This document shows positions 50,401 through 60,863 of a stretch of 64,000 bases of DNA, one piece after another. The position numbers and the translations under genes were made by a program. Below the pieces are notes generated by a model that was given only the letters and a program-made list of their open reading frames with translations, had not been told where the DNA came from and ran no database searches. The first letter of the stretch is position 1. Each line of letters opens with the position of its first letter. Source of the stretch: a virus. Location of the stretch: IMG/VR virus record IMGVR_UViG_3300036770_003135, positions 1-64,000 of that record; one strand, written 5' to 3'.

Positions 50401-53400
50401 TTTTCTGTTTTCGGTAAGATTTCTTTAAGATAACTATCATAACTAGGTTTAATAACATTTCCATTATCAAAATAACCAAAGTTCGGTGCTGACCAAAAAT
50501 TTCTAACAGAACCATTATATACTGAAGTATTACCTGTTATTTCTATTTTTAATCTTGCTGATGTTGATATTTCTGAATTTGTAAAACATTCACTCTTACT
50601 TTGATTATTACCACCCATAGATGGTAATAATATAAATGTATTCGTATCGGCTGAAATATATAATGACCAACTAGTAACATTTATAGTCCTATTTGGTTGG
50701 TTATTATCAACTCCTTTTCCATACTTTATATCCGCAAGATTTGTAAGTAAAAAATTTAATTCTTTTTTATCTATCACTTGTTGGATGTCATTATTTGTAT
50801 AAGTATTTGCAATAATATTCTGTCTATCCAAATAGAAATAACCAAAATCATTAATTACTTTAGGATAAAACCCTAAGTTCATTATTGTTCCACTTGCTTC
50901 ATTTTTCTCTAAAACAATCGTATAATCTATTCTTCCTGTAGTAGTTGATGCTGAAAATTTGTATTCTTTTTCTTTATTTGTGGTTAGTGGATCGTAATTT
51001 TTAACAGAATCAAAATTCTTCCAAACATCATCTAAAATATCAATACCTTCATCAATGAATTTTTGATATCTATACCATATAGAACCTATTTTTAAAATCC
51101 AAGCATATGGTAATTTATGTAAAGCTCCATATTTTTTTAGTGATGCAAATATATAATCAAACTCAGTTTGAGTTGTATTATTATAAGAATTCAATTTTTC
51201 TTTACCAGTAATTAATGGTAGACTATTCAAAAATAAATATGCTGCTTGAGTATATGGATAAGTATTTTTTGTTTTTTGTAATTCAACTCCATTTTGGATA
51301 GCATTAACAAAATATGGGGTATTAAATATAGATGTTGTTTGTTTAAATGATACTTCACCATTATATGATGGTGAGTAATATATATTACCCTCAGTTACTA
51401 ATTGTTTATTAAATTCATCAACTCTGTCGTTATAATAATTTTTAAGGTCTCCATTTGTAGGGATAGTAGTAGGTAAAGTATTTTTAAAAATAAAATGGGT
51501 GATAGGTCTATTAATATTTTGACTATTAATAGATTTAAAATTAGTTAATGTCTTGTATTCAGGACTAAAAGATATTGTATTTCTAGTTCTATACGCTCTA
51601 TCAAATGATGTCGCATTTCCATTCGCCAAATTTTCTTTAATCCATTTTTCGTTAGTGAAAGGATAGGTATCGGTAAAATCAGGCATATTATTTTTTGTTG
51701 TACCTGTTAACCAATTAATTAAATCATTTCTTGTTTTTTCTGTTAGTGAAACTTTTGGTGTAGTTTCTAAATCACTCATTTCAGCTAATGATTTAATTGT
51801 GAATGAATTTTTAGCTTGATTATTAATATAACTAGTATTAAAAACACCTCTTATCCAACCTTGCCAACTTGTACTTAAACCATTATTTGATATTTCTTTT
51901 AAAACACTTTCATAATTTGTAGAATTAATTTGTAATAGTTGTAAATTTTCCAATAAATTTATTGGATTACTATCACTAAAACTTTGATTTATATTTGTAA
52001 TTTCAACTTCTGAAACGGCATTAACAACGAATTGAGGATTACCCTTATTAATTTTACTATAATAAATAACATATTTTAATCTTTCAAAGATTTCATAAAT
52101 AAATTTTACAATCTCTTGATTAAAATACACTGAATTTTTAATTGGGAATTCAATGGCATTGAACGAAACTCTCTTAACATCTTTAGTTTCATTATCAACT
52201 ATTTTAGCTGATGTATCCCTAGAAACTCTTTCAGTTAACGCTTGAATGTATTCTTCAACAAATTGCACTTCAGGCCAAACTGTATAATCTTCAGCCCCAA
52301 CATAATCTTTTAATTTTTGGTCACCAGGATATCTTAACTCATAAGTTGTTTTATCTTCCGTTTGATTACTAACTATAAATTGTGGCCAAGGATAAATAAT
52401 TTCTTCATCATTTTTATCCGCGGTTGGTTCTTTGCTACCAAGAATTGCATTAATTCTTTTTGGGTTTTTATTTTGTTTCCAAGCTTTTGTATGAACATCA
52501 TCCATAAGTCTAAGAAAAGCTTCAGTATTAGCAAAAAATACTGCCAAAATATTTCTGATATTTGGTGTAAATCCTATTGGTTGTTGATTTTGTAATAATA
52601 GTGATAGTGATTCTGTAAGGTCATCTTCTATTTCTTGTTTAAATCCATCAACTTGTTTTTTCATTTTAGAAATTAATGATAAAAACCTTATATCACCATC
52701 AAATATAAAAAAAGTAATTTTTTTTTCAGTCCCATCTTGTTTTCCTGTGATTGGATTTATGGGATAAAAACCTTTATCTTTTATATCGTTTCTAAACTGA
52801 TTTATTATAAAATCTTGTAATTCTTGAGCTACTGATTCACTACCACCTCTTCTTTGTTTATAGGTTTGTTCTGTATCAATATCATCCTCAGTTACATCAA
52901 ACAGATATAAAAAAGTATTTAAATCTATTTTATTCGTAACTTTTGTTTCAATTATTTGTGTTTTACCTAAAGGAACTTTACTTATTCTTTTATATGAACC
53001 ACTATTTTGTCCAACTGTTTTGTTATCATTTAATCTTCTATTAAATTCAGTAACTAAAGCATTTAATTGACTAGTTACTGAAATTGGATTATATCCTTTT
53101 TTTATAGTATATATTTTAGCACCATTATTTAATATATAAAAATTTGTTTTATCAATATATAATTCAAACCAAGACCCAATTTTTTTTGTTGGGTCTATTG
53201 CATTCCAATAAACTTCTTTAGCATATAAATCTAAATCTTTCTGATATATATCAATATCAGTTAGTGGTTCTAAATTAGTTTCAATAAAATTATTTAAATC
53301 ATTTTTAATAAATCTAGATAAAGTTTCATGTAAATCTTTTATTGTAAGTGGTGGAAAATTAGCTGGAATTAAATTTTTACTAATATATTCTTGATAAACT

Positions 53401-54236
53401 TCAACTACTTTTTGTCTTCCTAATTCACTTTTTATTGTTTGAGTTTTAGTTAATGTTGTACCTTTTGTATTATCTCTAGTATAGGTTGTAGGGTACATAT
53501 AAGGTACAGATAACGCGTGTCCCATAGGGGTTTCAACCAAAACAGAATATTTGTAAGTATAAAAATCTAATTGTAATTTAAAATTACCTGAAATACTATC
53601 ATATCTAGCATTAAATTTAGATAACATTAAAGTTAATTTTACAGCTTTTCCATAATAACCTTTTAATGTAAGATAAAATGGTGGGTAAGGTAAATGAAAA
53701 AAAGAACCATAAGGTGAATTAGCTCCAGATTCAAATAGAGCCCTACCTCTAATATCTTCTAATTGTATTGTAATAATTGGTGTAAAATCTAATCCTTGTC
53801 TAATCTGAATACTAGTTATACCCAACAATCCGTTATCTGTTTGGTTTAAACTTGTTTGTCTTATGTAAGATGAGTTTTCTTTTGTTTCTGGAATTTTTTC
53901 TAAACTTATTTGATTTTGAGCATTACCCTTAAGTGAATTTTGACCTGTTATTTCATTTGTATATTCATTATCCAAAAAACGTTTTTTTCCTGGATTTAAA
54001 AAATTAATTTCAGCTATAGAAATTGTTTGTATTGAGTCTAAATTTTGGGGTGTTCCAACAGCTAATTTTGTTCGTGGTAGTACACTACATTCCAAATTGG
54101 CATACATAACCAAATCTTCTTGTTTGACATATCTCTCTTTAACTTTACCATTACCATCAATTACCTTATTAGGGTCTACTATTGTAATGTTGTTATAATC
54201 AAATGCCACAAATATATTTTCTAAACTATCTACCAT
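47451..54236 (-). CDS. Very large baseplate hub/tail-tip-associated protein (2261 aa)
   Basis: Follows the LysM/gp53-like gene; LGITSIQI..IQLEDIRG and MMGNALIQP...GPYMITEVNHSISPG resemble gp27/gpD hub termini. Confidence 0.6.
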   Translation of the reverse strand: MVDSLENIFVAFDYNNITIVDPNKVIDGNGKVKERYVKQEDLVMYANLECSVLPRTKLAVGTPQNLDSIQTISIAEINFLNPGKKRFLDNEYTNEITGQNSLKGNAQNQISLEKIPETKENSSYIRQTSLNQTDNGLLGITSIQIRQGLDFTPIITIQLEDIRGRALFESGANSPYGSFFHLPYPPFYLTLKGYYGKAVKLTLMLSKFNARYDSISGNFKLQLDFYTYKYSVLVETPMGHALSVPYMYPTTYTRDNTKGTTLTKTQTIKSELGRQKVVEVYQEYISKNLIPANFPPLTIKDLHETLSRFIKNDLNNFIETNLEPLTDIDIYQKDLDLYAKEVYWNAIDPTKKIGSWFELYIDKTNFYILNNGAKIYTIKKGYNPISVTSQLNALVTEFNRRLNDNKTVGQNSGSYKRISKVPLGKTQIIETKVTNKIDLNTFLYLFDVTEDDIDTEQTYKQRRGGSESVAQELQDFIINQFRNDIKDKGFYPINPITGKQDGTEKKITFFIFDGDIRFLSLISKMKKQVDGFKQEIEDDLTESLSLLLQNQQPIGFTPNIRNILAVFFANTEAFLRLMDDVHTKAWKQNKNPKRINAILGSKEPTADKNDEEIIYPWPQFIVSNQTEDKTTYELRYPGDQKLKDYVGAEDYTVWPEVQFVEEYIQALTERVSRDTSAKIVDNETKDVKRVSFNAIEFPIKNSVYFNQEIVKFIYEIFERLKYVIYYSKINKGNPQFVVNAVSEVEITNINQSFSDSNPINLLENLQLLQINSTNYESVLKEISNNGLSTSWQGWIRGVFNTSYINNQAKNSFTIKSLAEMSDLETTPKVSLTEKTRNDLINWLTGTTKNNMPDFTDTYPFTNEKWIKENLANGNATSFDRAYRTRNTISFSPEYKTLTNFKSINSQNINRPITHFIFKNTLPTTIPTNGDLKNYYNDRVDEFNKQLVTEGNIYYSPSYNGEVSFKQTTSIFNTPYFVNAIQNGVELQKTKNTYPYTQAAYLFLNSLPLITGKEKLNSYNNTTQTEFDYIFASLKKYGALHKLPYAWILKIGSIWYRYQKFIDEGIDILDDVWKNFDSVKNYDPLTTNKEKEYKFSASTTTGRIDYTIVLEKNEASGTIMNLGFYPKVINDFGYFYLDRQNIIANTYTNNDIQQVIDKKELNFLLTNLADIKYGKGVDNNQPNRTINVTSWSLYISADTNTFILLPSMGGNNQSKSECFTNSEISTSARLKIEITGNTSVYNGSVRNFWSAPNFGYFDNGNVIKPSYDSYLKEILPKTEKQQNFSINNNVINYSKIEELFSIFDTEILNSFRDEFLNFSKPITNFTTKLTDTKSVTIKYYNFQLLMRSLMTIGSGNAIPEGNAIPEGNVIPEGNVIPENSVNKLFDLAKKQIKQINSVINNFLEEDIYFLYGNPSNYNQRLFYSFSNLPLTDKFQWQKYTTTTPDVFPLTPTSTIQYKNELDVLKTYVGFSTINELGYTTNSYIFDFFIDFNVAFTEQNIKNFAPIIKLYATQKLNQNQSNIINTSQPLNEDLLIYSANLSDGKTFDIIQNISNKIARVKESNILVLEKIYSNDKDLDFIKNDILQTLPGNLTITTVIPLTNPGGFEFFKNKMDFYLLNNQSIIEQIINDFWPRLISSIGKIEKTEKKVNPNQLDGDPQTKLELWETFKAMNDKWIAGNDYKNKTLFEDVMLVDRASRNIGDKVLVDIFGLKDMIDPTKIMLNVDVLSFIQTIIETNGFVVMTLPSYINFYGLQNVSADARPKPEGTLEFANNLFGTFLNVDYRDSSSKLVCQFIDRPSQYVDLKDNVDYKFRDDAFDILKESENPMNESLLNKKDYDKSNKVVGFNVDIGVQNQQIFKSFSVGQNSGLATSEALEILNQMANQGGHRNIATQNMSLYSVYKNRSYTCNLSMMGNALIQPTMYFNLRYVPMFSGPYMITEVNHSISPGDFNTEIVGVRQPITSLPILENFLQGLRTNLVKKIEETIVKNAQPISPTNIINEKTRLGSQDKNSTATTQTPNCKPNVSQYSQFTETLSPTSENVVKFEQMKSAILSSITNASKSPNEKLAIVIFSYLYFQNGTSTGFAANYNNFGGIDLLQYWGPKSQYFETKLEYFCKNVSGNAIPEGNTIPEGNTNAIPEGNTIPEGNTKPEGNNTPNRNNQPTPNVNQVKPMAVFGSLALHTRFFVEWWGNNQRLQIVDITNSDENIVIESIAKFIIYNRDPSKIINDNGAFFESFKTSNKDDYDKLKKEIKIALNKYRNI
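47778..47879. repeat. 18-bp minisatellite (GN(A/T)IPE)n, copy 1
   Basis: attaccttccggtattg(c/t) repeated ~5 times, in frame. Confidence 0.85.
50106..50177. repeat. 18-bp minisatellite (GN(A/V)IPE)4, copy 2
   Basis: Same unit repeated 4 times, in frame. Confidence 0.85.
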
Positions 54237-54549
54237 AAAAAAAGAACAGATTTTCTAATTGATTTTTATAATCTTGTAAAGAAGCTATTAAAGGAAATGG
54301 AATTGTCAATACTGAACCATCAGGTATATTCCATTCTTCACCACCAAAACTTGGGTTAGCTAATAATATTAGCCATCCAAAAGTTGGACTACCATAATAT
54401 TCTTGTGAAATTTTATCCAATCTTGATGAATTAATCTTATATATATAAGATTTATCAGTTACCTTTTGTGGTAAATTAACATAAGGGACAACTGTTTGTT
54501 GTCCTTCAATTAAAAATTGATCGTATCGTCCGTAGAATCTTATCGCCAT
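54226..54549 (-). CDS. LysM-like baseplate protein (gp53/P2 gpX-like)
   Basis: RLDKISQEYYGSPTFGWLILLANP...IPDGSVLTIP. Confidence 0.8.
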   Translation of the reverse strand: MAIRFYGRYDQFLIEGQQTVVPYVNLPQKVTDKSYIYKINSSRLDKISQEYYGSPTFGWLILLANPSFGGEEWNIPDGSVLTIPFPLIASLQDYKNQLENLFFFYGR

Positions 54550-57500
54550 TAGTTGAATGTTATTTTACCATTATATGTTGATTTATCATCATTTGCATTT
54601 TCTGTTGCGTATAGTGATTGAATTTGTTCTTTTTGTTCCGCAGTTCCTAAAGTTGGTGAAGTAATATATTGACACACTCTCTCTACTCCTGGTTTATACA
54701 TAATAGTACTTAATCCTCTTGTTAACTTTCTATAATTTTGTTTTCGTTTTAATTTATTAAAAATTTGATTTTCACGTATTAATTCTCTAGAATATTGAAA
54801 GTCCAATTGAAGTATACGAATATTAAATCTTTTTAATAAAAGTGTATATGTTCGTCTATTAGTGATTCTAAGTAACTCATCCTCTCTTAAAACGTATTTT
54901 AAGAATTCTTGTCGTTTTGTTTTATTATTTAATATTCTTGCCATTATAACAAAAAAATCTTTTTCAGTATCGTCTTCAAAGATATTATCAGCAACTAAAT
55001 CAAAAGGTTTTTCAGGATTTTCTGGTTCGTAAAAAGCTATCTTGGTGTTATCTTCACTAAGTAGTTCTACATATTGATTCATAGCATCTTCCAATTTTCC
55101 GAAATCAGTTTTCAAAGTTTCTAAAGTATCACCAGATATATTATATATTTGAGCAGAACCTCTACTATTTATCTTCCCATCAATTTCAGTTGTAACTACA
55201 TTTATTTTTCTAATTGTTTGAACATATTTTTCTTGTAAGGTAACAATTTCTTGTGCATTAGTACCAAGTGAAGTAATTAATTGTTCGGAATAATCAGAGA
55301 TATATTGTTTCATATTTGCCCTAATATACCTCATAACACTCGTTAAGTTATTATATTCGTCAGTTGTATAAGATTCTTTAATTTTTGATAAAATTGGGTC
55401 GGTATCATTATCAATGGAATCATATACTCTTTCTAAAGTACTATTTAAAAGTTCTTCCCAATTTTCAGATTTACCAAAAATTTTAATTGTTTTATCATTA
55501 CCCACATTCCCCTCACTGTAATTTCTTTTAGCATTAAGTATCTGTACAAATCCTATATTATTTTCTCTTTGAACACTTTCTAATATATTAACAAGACCTG
55601 AAAAATAGTTAGACGTTGATGATAATAGTTTATCCATAATTGATTTATAGTTAATATCACCAATTTCACCACCTTCGCCACCTTGTTCATCAGGTAATGT
55701 TAATACTATAGTTCCAATTGTGTCACCACCATCATTAATTCTAAATCTTTGATTACCTGAAGTGTTTACTGACAATTTCAATTTATCAAAGAAATCTTTA
55801 GACACTTTAGACAAGTCTTCAGTTGGGGTTGCTCTTTCGTCATAAATTTCAGTGTTAGCATAAAAATTAAATGATAATGCGTTTTGTAACTCTTCCACTG
55901 GTTTTGCGATACCCATACCACCTATAATTTTGAAATTCATACTTACATTAACAATCATTGGTTGTACACCAATTCCTTCGGGGTTTTGGTCTAATAAAGG
56001 TTCATAAGTAAAACTAACACCATCTGGTACAATCTTAGTATGAAAAAAATCACCAATTCTTAAAACTAAAATAGGAGGAGCTCCAAATGACGTATTTAAA
56101 GCATTAGTTTGTGTTAATTGATTATCAATTCCAACAGTAGGTATAGTTTCACCAGGTCTTACGCATTGATTTAAAAAAACAAGTCTAGAATTTAAACCTT
56201 CAGGTGTTGTCGAATGAAAAGTAGGACTAAAATATTTTAGTTTTTCTCTTATTGAATCATATATCATTGGAGTGTCTTCCTTTATCATATCAAAATAATC
56301 ACATTCAGTTAAAAAATTTCTTAATATTTTTTTTGTGAAACTTTGTTTTAATCTGTCCAAGATATCACGATTGTCTGTTGGTTTATTTCCAGTTTCTTGT
56401 ATTTGTTCATCAACTCCAATATTACTTGGTAATGTACCATAATCTGGGTTACCACTTGGGTCTTTATAAATTTCATTAAATAACTTAGTCGCGTCATCTG
56501 GATTTGATGTGTTATTTAAAGCTCTAGTAATTTGTTTAATTGTTGATGGTTCTAAATTTGGGAATCTTCTAGCTAATTCATATATATCGTATTTTACACA
56601 TCCAGCAAAAAAAGATTCAATTATTGAATCAACTTTTTCTTTTCTCGCACCCTTTAATTGTTTTCTAACAATAACATTTAATATTGATGGGTGGTCAACA
56701 ACTATTTTCCAACTTAATGTTCCACTTCTTGATGTCTCTTTATAAGTATACATAGGTTCTGGTCTACCTAAAAAACTTGTTCCTTGGAAGGATGCTGTAC
56801 TAGAATCTGAAAATTTTAAATCATATGGTGGAAACCACATAATTCTACCCCCATTAGGTCCTTTTTCACAATTAGGTAAGTCATCTACAGTGAAACCAGG
56901 TCTACTTGAAGTTCTCCAAGCTAGATTCTCTATTGAGAACATATATTTTTTAGCATAAAAATTACCTTGATTATTTCTTTGAATATTGGTTGAATCACTC
57001 CCTCTTAAAGGAACAATATTTAAATTAAATGTTTTGTCTAAAATAGAACTTGGGAATCTTCTATTTTCTGTTGTTATACCAGCTTTCTTTTGTAAATCAT
57101 TATAAGTGTAATAAGGAGTATCTTTAGTAAAAACTCTACCATACTCAATACCTTCTTCAGTACCTCTAGCATTATCAACATAACTCAATACTTTTGAACC
57201 TTTAGTTATTTCTTTATACCCATCATTAAAAACTTTACTAACTTGATTAATTGCATTACCAACGTGTTTTAATTTACTTTTACCTGTAACTTTATCGGCA
57301 GAATCAATTAATCTTTGAGTTTCATCTAAAATAGACCCAGGCTTTAATTTTACATTAGTTGAAATACTTTTTTGATATTGTGAAGCAATTTGGTAGGCAT
57401 CTTTATCTGTTTTTCCTAATCCACCACCAATTGTTGCTTTTTTACCAGCACTATTTCTAGTCTTAGGGGAAATCCAAGTAAATCCACCATTTAAACTACC

Positions 57501-58685
57501 ACCTTCAATAACTGGAAATCCTACCAAACCAAAGTTTAAAGCACTCTCATTACCTTCATACAAAATACTTAAATCCGTAGGTCCATAAACTGGAGACTTA
57601 ACTTGTTTTCCAAATTCATTAACGGGTATTTGATTACTTGGTGAATTTATATCTCCAGGTTCTTTTTTAGAAGACCCAACATAATATCCATTTTCAGTTG
57701 CTCCTGAATTATTTGATAATCCTTTAATACCTTTGGTATAATTTGAATAATTCGGTTGAAATCTATTTAAGTTAATATTTTTAAATAATTCAAACCTTTG
57801 TCCATTACCAGTATTTCCTAAAAATAATAATGATGGGTTTCCTCTTAGACTTAAGATAGGTCCTAAAGAACCACTTCCTAAATTATTTAATGAACCTAAA
57901 GCAATGGCAGTCTGATTTGTTTGACTATTATTAAGAACATCATTGAAATAATCTCCAGGAATAGTTGACGCAGGGAAAAATGAATTAGATATTCTAGAAA
58001 TGAAATTATTTGTAACAGTTGTTGGGGCTTCAGGTGTTGTTATAGTATAATTGTTATTAACAACATATCTAAGATTTCTAATAGTTTCTACATTAATCCT
58101 ATCTTCAAATAATGTTTTCAATTTTCTAGCAGACATCATTGCTAATGTTGAGTCCTGAGATAAAAATCCAGCATCACCACTTGGGTTACTAGATAATAAT
58201 ACTTGTTGTGGTGAATAACTAGATGGTATAAATGTAGGCGGTTCCCAATATGGTAAGTGTATTTTATCGGTTATTCCTTCATTAGAAACAAAATACATAG
58301 AAGTAAATCCACCTTCGGGTCCATATCTATTTTCATTATAACTAACATCAATCCAACTTTCATTTAATAAATCCATATTAGTATCAGTTGGACTATATTC
58401 ACCACTATTAGAATTACGTTGACGATAATTTAATGTTACTCTATTATTAAACCCACCAAAAGGACCAAATTGATTTAAAGGATATAATTCAGTTAAATAA
58501 GGTGGTCTATTAATTAATTGATTTGGTGAGTCTATAACTGAAAAGTCAGATAAAGTTATAGATTGGTTATAAGATGAAGTATTTGGAGTAAATTCACCTT
58601 GTATTAAATATGGGGGGAGGTTTTTTGCTAACAAAACCCCTCTCCATTGTTCTGTTATATCTAATGTTAAGTTACTTAATGACAT
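54549..58685 (-). CDS. Large tail/baseplate protein containing a tube-initiator-like domain
   Basis: FLGRPEPMYTY...RSGTLSW, PPILVLRIGD, QPMIVNVSMNF; lies between tape measure and LysM genes. Confidence 0.6.
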   Translation of the reverse strand: MSLSNLTLDITEQWRGVLLAKNLPPYLIQGEFTPNTSSYNQSITLSDFSVIDSPNQLINRPPYLTELYPLNQFGPFGGFNNRVTLNYRQRNSNSGEYSPTDTNMDLLNESWIDVSYNENRYGPEGGFTSMYFVSNEGITDKIHLPYWEPPTFIPSSYSPQQVLLSSNPSGDAGFLSQDSTLAMMSARKLKTLFEDRINVETIRNLRYVVNNNYTITTPEAPTTVTNNFISRISNSFFPASTIPGDYFNDVLNNSQTNQTAIALGSLNNLGSGSLGPILSLRGNPSLLFLGNTGNGQRFELFKNINLNRFQPNYSNYTKGIKGLSNNSGATENGYYVGSSKKEPGDINSPSNQIPVNEFGKQVKSPVYGPTDLSILYEGNESALNFGLVGFPVIEGGSLNGGFTWISPKTRNSAGKKATIGGGLGKTDKDAYQIASQYQKSISTNVKLKPGSILDETQRLIDSADKVTGKSKLKHVGNAINQVSKVFNDGYKEITKGSKVLSYVDNARGTEEGIEYGRVFTKDTPYYTYNDLQKKAGITTENRRFPSSILDKTFNLNIVPLRGSDSTNIQRNNQGNFYAKKYMFSIENLAWRTSSRPGFTVDDLPNCEKGPNGGRIMWFPPYDLKFSDSSTASFQGTSFLGRPEPMYTYKETSRSGTLSWKIVVDHPSILNVIVRKQLKGARKEKVDSIIESFFAGCVKYDIYELARRFPNLEPSTIKQITRALNNTSNPDDATKLFNEIYKDPSGNPDYGTLPSNIGVDEQIQETGNKPTDNRDILDRLKQSFTKKILRNFLTECDYFDMIKEDTPMIYDSIREKLKYFSPTFHSTTPEGLNSRLVFLNQCVRPGETIPTVGIDNQLTQTNALNTSFGAPPILVLRIGDFFHTKIVPDGVSFTYEPLLDQNPEGIGVQPMIVNVSMNFKIIGGMGIAKPVEELQNALSFNFYANTEIYDERATPTEDLSKVSKDFFDKLKLSVNTSGNQRFRINDGGDTIGTIVLTLPDEQGGEGGEIGDINYKSIMDKLLSSTSNYFSGLVNILESVQRENNIGFVQILNAKRNYSEGNVGNDKTIKIFGKSENWEELLNSTLERVYDSIDNDTDPILSKIKESYTTDEYNNLTSVMRYIRANMKQYISDYSEQLITSLGTNAQEIVTLQEKYVQTIRKINVVTTEIDGKINSRGSAQIYNISGDTLETLKTDFGKLEDAMNQYVELLSEDNTKIAFYEPENPEKPFDLVADNIFEDDTEKDFFVIMARILNNKTKRQEFLKYVLREDELLRITNRRTYTLLLKRFNIRILQLDFQYSRELIRENQIFNKLKRKQNYRKLTRGLSTIMYKPGVERVCQYITSPTLGTAEQKEQIQSLYATENANDDKSTYNGKITFN

Positions 58686-58711
58686 TATCTATTTTATTTA
58701 TAAATAGATTA

Positions 58712-60667
58712 TTACCCAAATTTTTCTCTATTCTTTTTATATCTTATTTCAGTTGGTGAGATTGTACCATTAGGTGCATTTAATTTATGTATTTCATTTT
58801 TAATTGTATTGATTAATCCAACATCTCGTAAAACATTTTCCATTTCTGACTTGTTAATGGTATTACCCATTACATTTATATTTAATGTTAAATTAACATT
58901 TGTACTTGTATTTGTATTTAAATTTGTACTAAAAGAATCTTGTTTTTCTCCACTACTTAACATTTTATTAGGATCACCAGCAATAATCATATCTCGTTGG
59001 TCTAATGAAAATGCACCAAATTCTCCAGTTAATACTCTACCATTAGTACCTGGAAATGATACTAAGTCCTTAGCAGGATTTGGAGCTTCTGTTCTTATAA
59101 TTGTTCCACCACTCAACACAGTCTTAAGATTCGTAATTACAGGTCCTAATGTGTCTTCAGCTAAATTTTTAACTTGTTCTCCAAGTCTAGAAAAAACTTG
59201 AATCATTTTATTTTCACTATTAATAAACTGATTCCAATTTGCTGCGGCTTCATCTGTAAATTTGGTTGATATTTTATTGAAAAAATTATACATATTTTCA
59301 CCCGCTTGTTTAAATCCATCCAATGTTTTACCATCTAAAATACTATCAAACATTTGTTGTATTCCACTATCCATACTTTCTCTAATTTCTTTAGTATTGA
59401 AGGTATTAGTAAATGTTTCACTTATTGATTTATACATTTGAACTTCGGCTTGCATAATATCTTCACCAGATTTTGTCCCAGCAAAAGCATAACCAGTAGC
59501 GTTTTTCATTGCCATTAAACTTGCATCAATACTCCCCAATACAGATAGTTGGTCTACTGCCAATTCTTCCATTTTCTTAGGTGGTAATTTTAATTTCTCA
59601 ATATCATCAGGACTTAATTGAGATATTAGTTTTTCTTTTGTTTGACCTTTTTCATCCGTGACTTTAATCCTATATTCACCATCCTTTCCTTTTTCTGCCA
59701 TATTGGCAATTAGTTGTCTCGTTTCCTTTGATGCAAATTGGTCAACATCAGGAAATTTAATTTTTTTCATTTTATCTTCTAACTCAGCACTACCTAAGGC
59801 CATCTTAGTTAATTCAGAATAACTCATACTCATAGCCTTACTTATTTCCATCAATCTACCCTTAGCTCCAGGCATAATTTCAAAGTTACCCTCTTTACCC
59901 ATTGTTACAAAACTTTTTGTCATTTGTACAATTTGGTTTTGTAATTCAGCAGGGTCATTACGTGATAGATTCATTAATCTAAGTGGGTCTAACAATTGTG
60001 ATTGAGTTACACCTAATCTTTGTAATGCCGCAGCAGTTTCTATTGCACCTTCAGGATTGAAAACTTTATCTGCAAATTGTAAAGTTTCCTTCATATTAAT
60101 TCTTAAAGAAGATGCTTGTGCTGCCATTTTTGCTAAACCTTCAACACCACCTTGGAAGGTATATTTGTTAAGGGCATCCATATTCTGTATAACATTCTCA
60201 CTAACGGATTCAACATTTAAACCTAAAGTTCTTGCTGTGTCAACAACCTTTTGCATTTGTTCAGTTGTCTGATATACAGAATATCCAGCATTTTTAAAAT
60301 TTTCAACAATACTACCAATTGATTCATTGGTTACTTTTGTCATAGCAAATAATTTATCATATGATTCAGAACTTAGAACCACATTTCGATTAAGTTTTGA
60401 TGCTATTTCAGTTTGAATTGTATTAATATCATCAAAAGTACCTCCCATCTTAGCAACACTTTGATAAGCGTCAGTCATACTTTGTTTGATAATACCAATT
60501 TGTTCTCTACCTTGTCCAAATGACTTGGCTATTGATGTCGCCTTTTCATCAACATCAAAAAAAACATCTCTCATTGCTTTTTGGTCAAATAAAGAACCAA
60601 TACTTTCACCAATAGGACCACTAAGTGAACGTACATATCTACCTAAACCATCTAAACCACCTGCCAT
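58712..60667 (-). CDS. Tape measure protein
   Basis: Helical, Ala/Gln/Met-rich; canonical position after tube and chaperone. Confidence 0.7.
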   Translation of the reverse strand: MAGGLDGLGRYVRSLSGPIGESIGSLFDQKAMRDVFFDVDEKATSIAKSFGQGREQIGIIKQSMTDAYQSVAKMGGTFDDINTIQTEIASKLNRNVVLSSESYDKLFAMTKVTNESIGSIVENFKNAGYSVYQTTEQMQKVVDTARTLGLNVESVSENVIQNMDALNKYTFQGGVEGLAKMAAQASSLRINMKETLQFADKVFNPEGAIETAAALQRLGVTQSQLLDPLRLMNLSRNDPAELQNQIVQMTKSFVTMGKEGNFEIMPGAKGRLMEISKAMSMSYSELTKMALGSAELEDKMKKIKFPDVDQFASKETRQLIANMAEKGKDGEYRIKVTDEKGQTKEKLISQLSPDDIEKLKLPPKKMEELAVDQLSVLGSIDASLMAMKNATGYAFAGTKSGEDIMQAEVQMYKSISETFTNTFNTKEIRESMDSGIQQMFDSILDGKTLDGFKQAGENMYNFFNKISTKFTDEAAANWNQFINSENKMIQVFSRLGEQVKNLAEDTLGPVITNLKTVLSGGTIIRTEAPNPAKDLVSFPGTNGRVLTGEFGAFSLDQRDMIIAGDPNKMLSSGEKQDSFSTNLNTNTSTNVNLTLNINVMGNTINKSEMENVLRDVGLINTIKNEIHKLNAPNGTISPTEIRYKKNREKFG

Positions 60668-60697
60668 AAATTATTATTTACTATAAATATGAAATTT

Positions 60698-60863
60698 TTA
60701 ATTTTCTTTAGGTGTATTAGTTTCTACTATTTTATTTATTAGGTATTTTCTAACATAAGTTGGGATGTTCAAGAATTCCGAATAAGATGTTCTCAGAAAT
60801 CTTGCCATTAAATAATATTCATCCAACAAATATTTTGAATAACTAGAAGAAAGGACGAAAAAA
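60698..60863 (-). CDS. Tail assembly chaperone C-terminal ('T'/gp51-like) segment, probably reached by frameshift
   Basis: ...SYSEFLNIPTYVRKYLI... overlaps the end of the chaperone in the +1 frame. Confidence 0.55.
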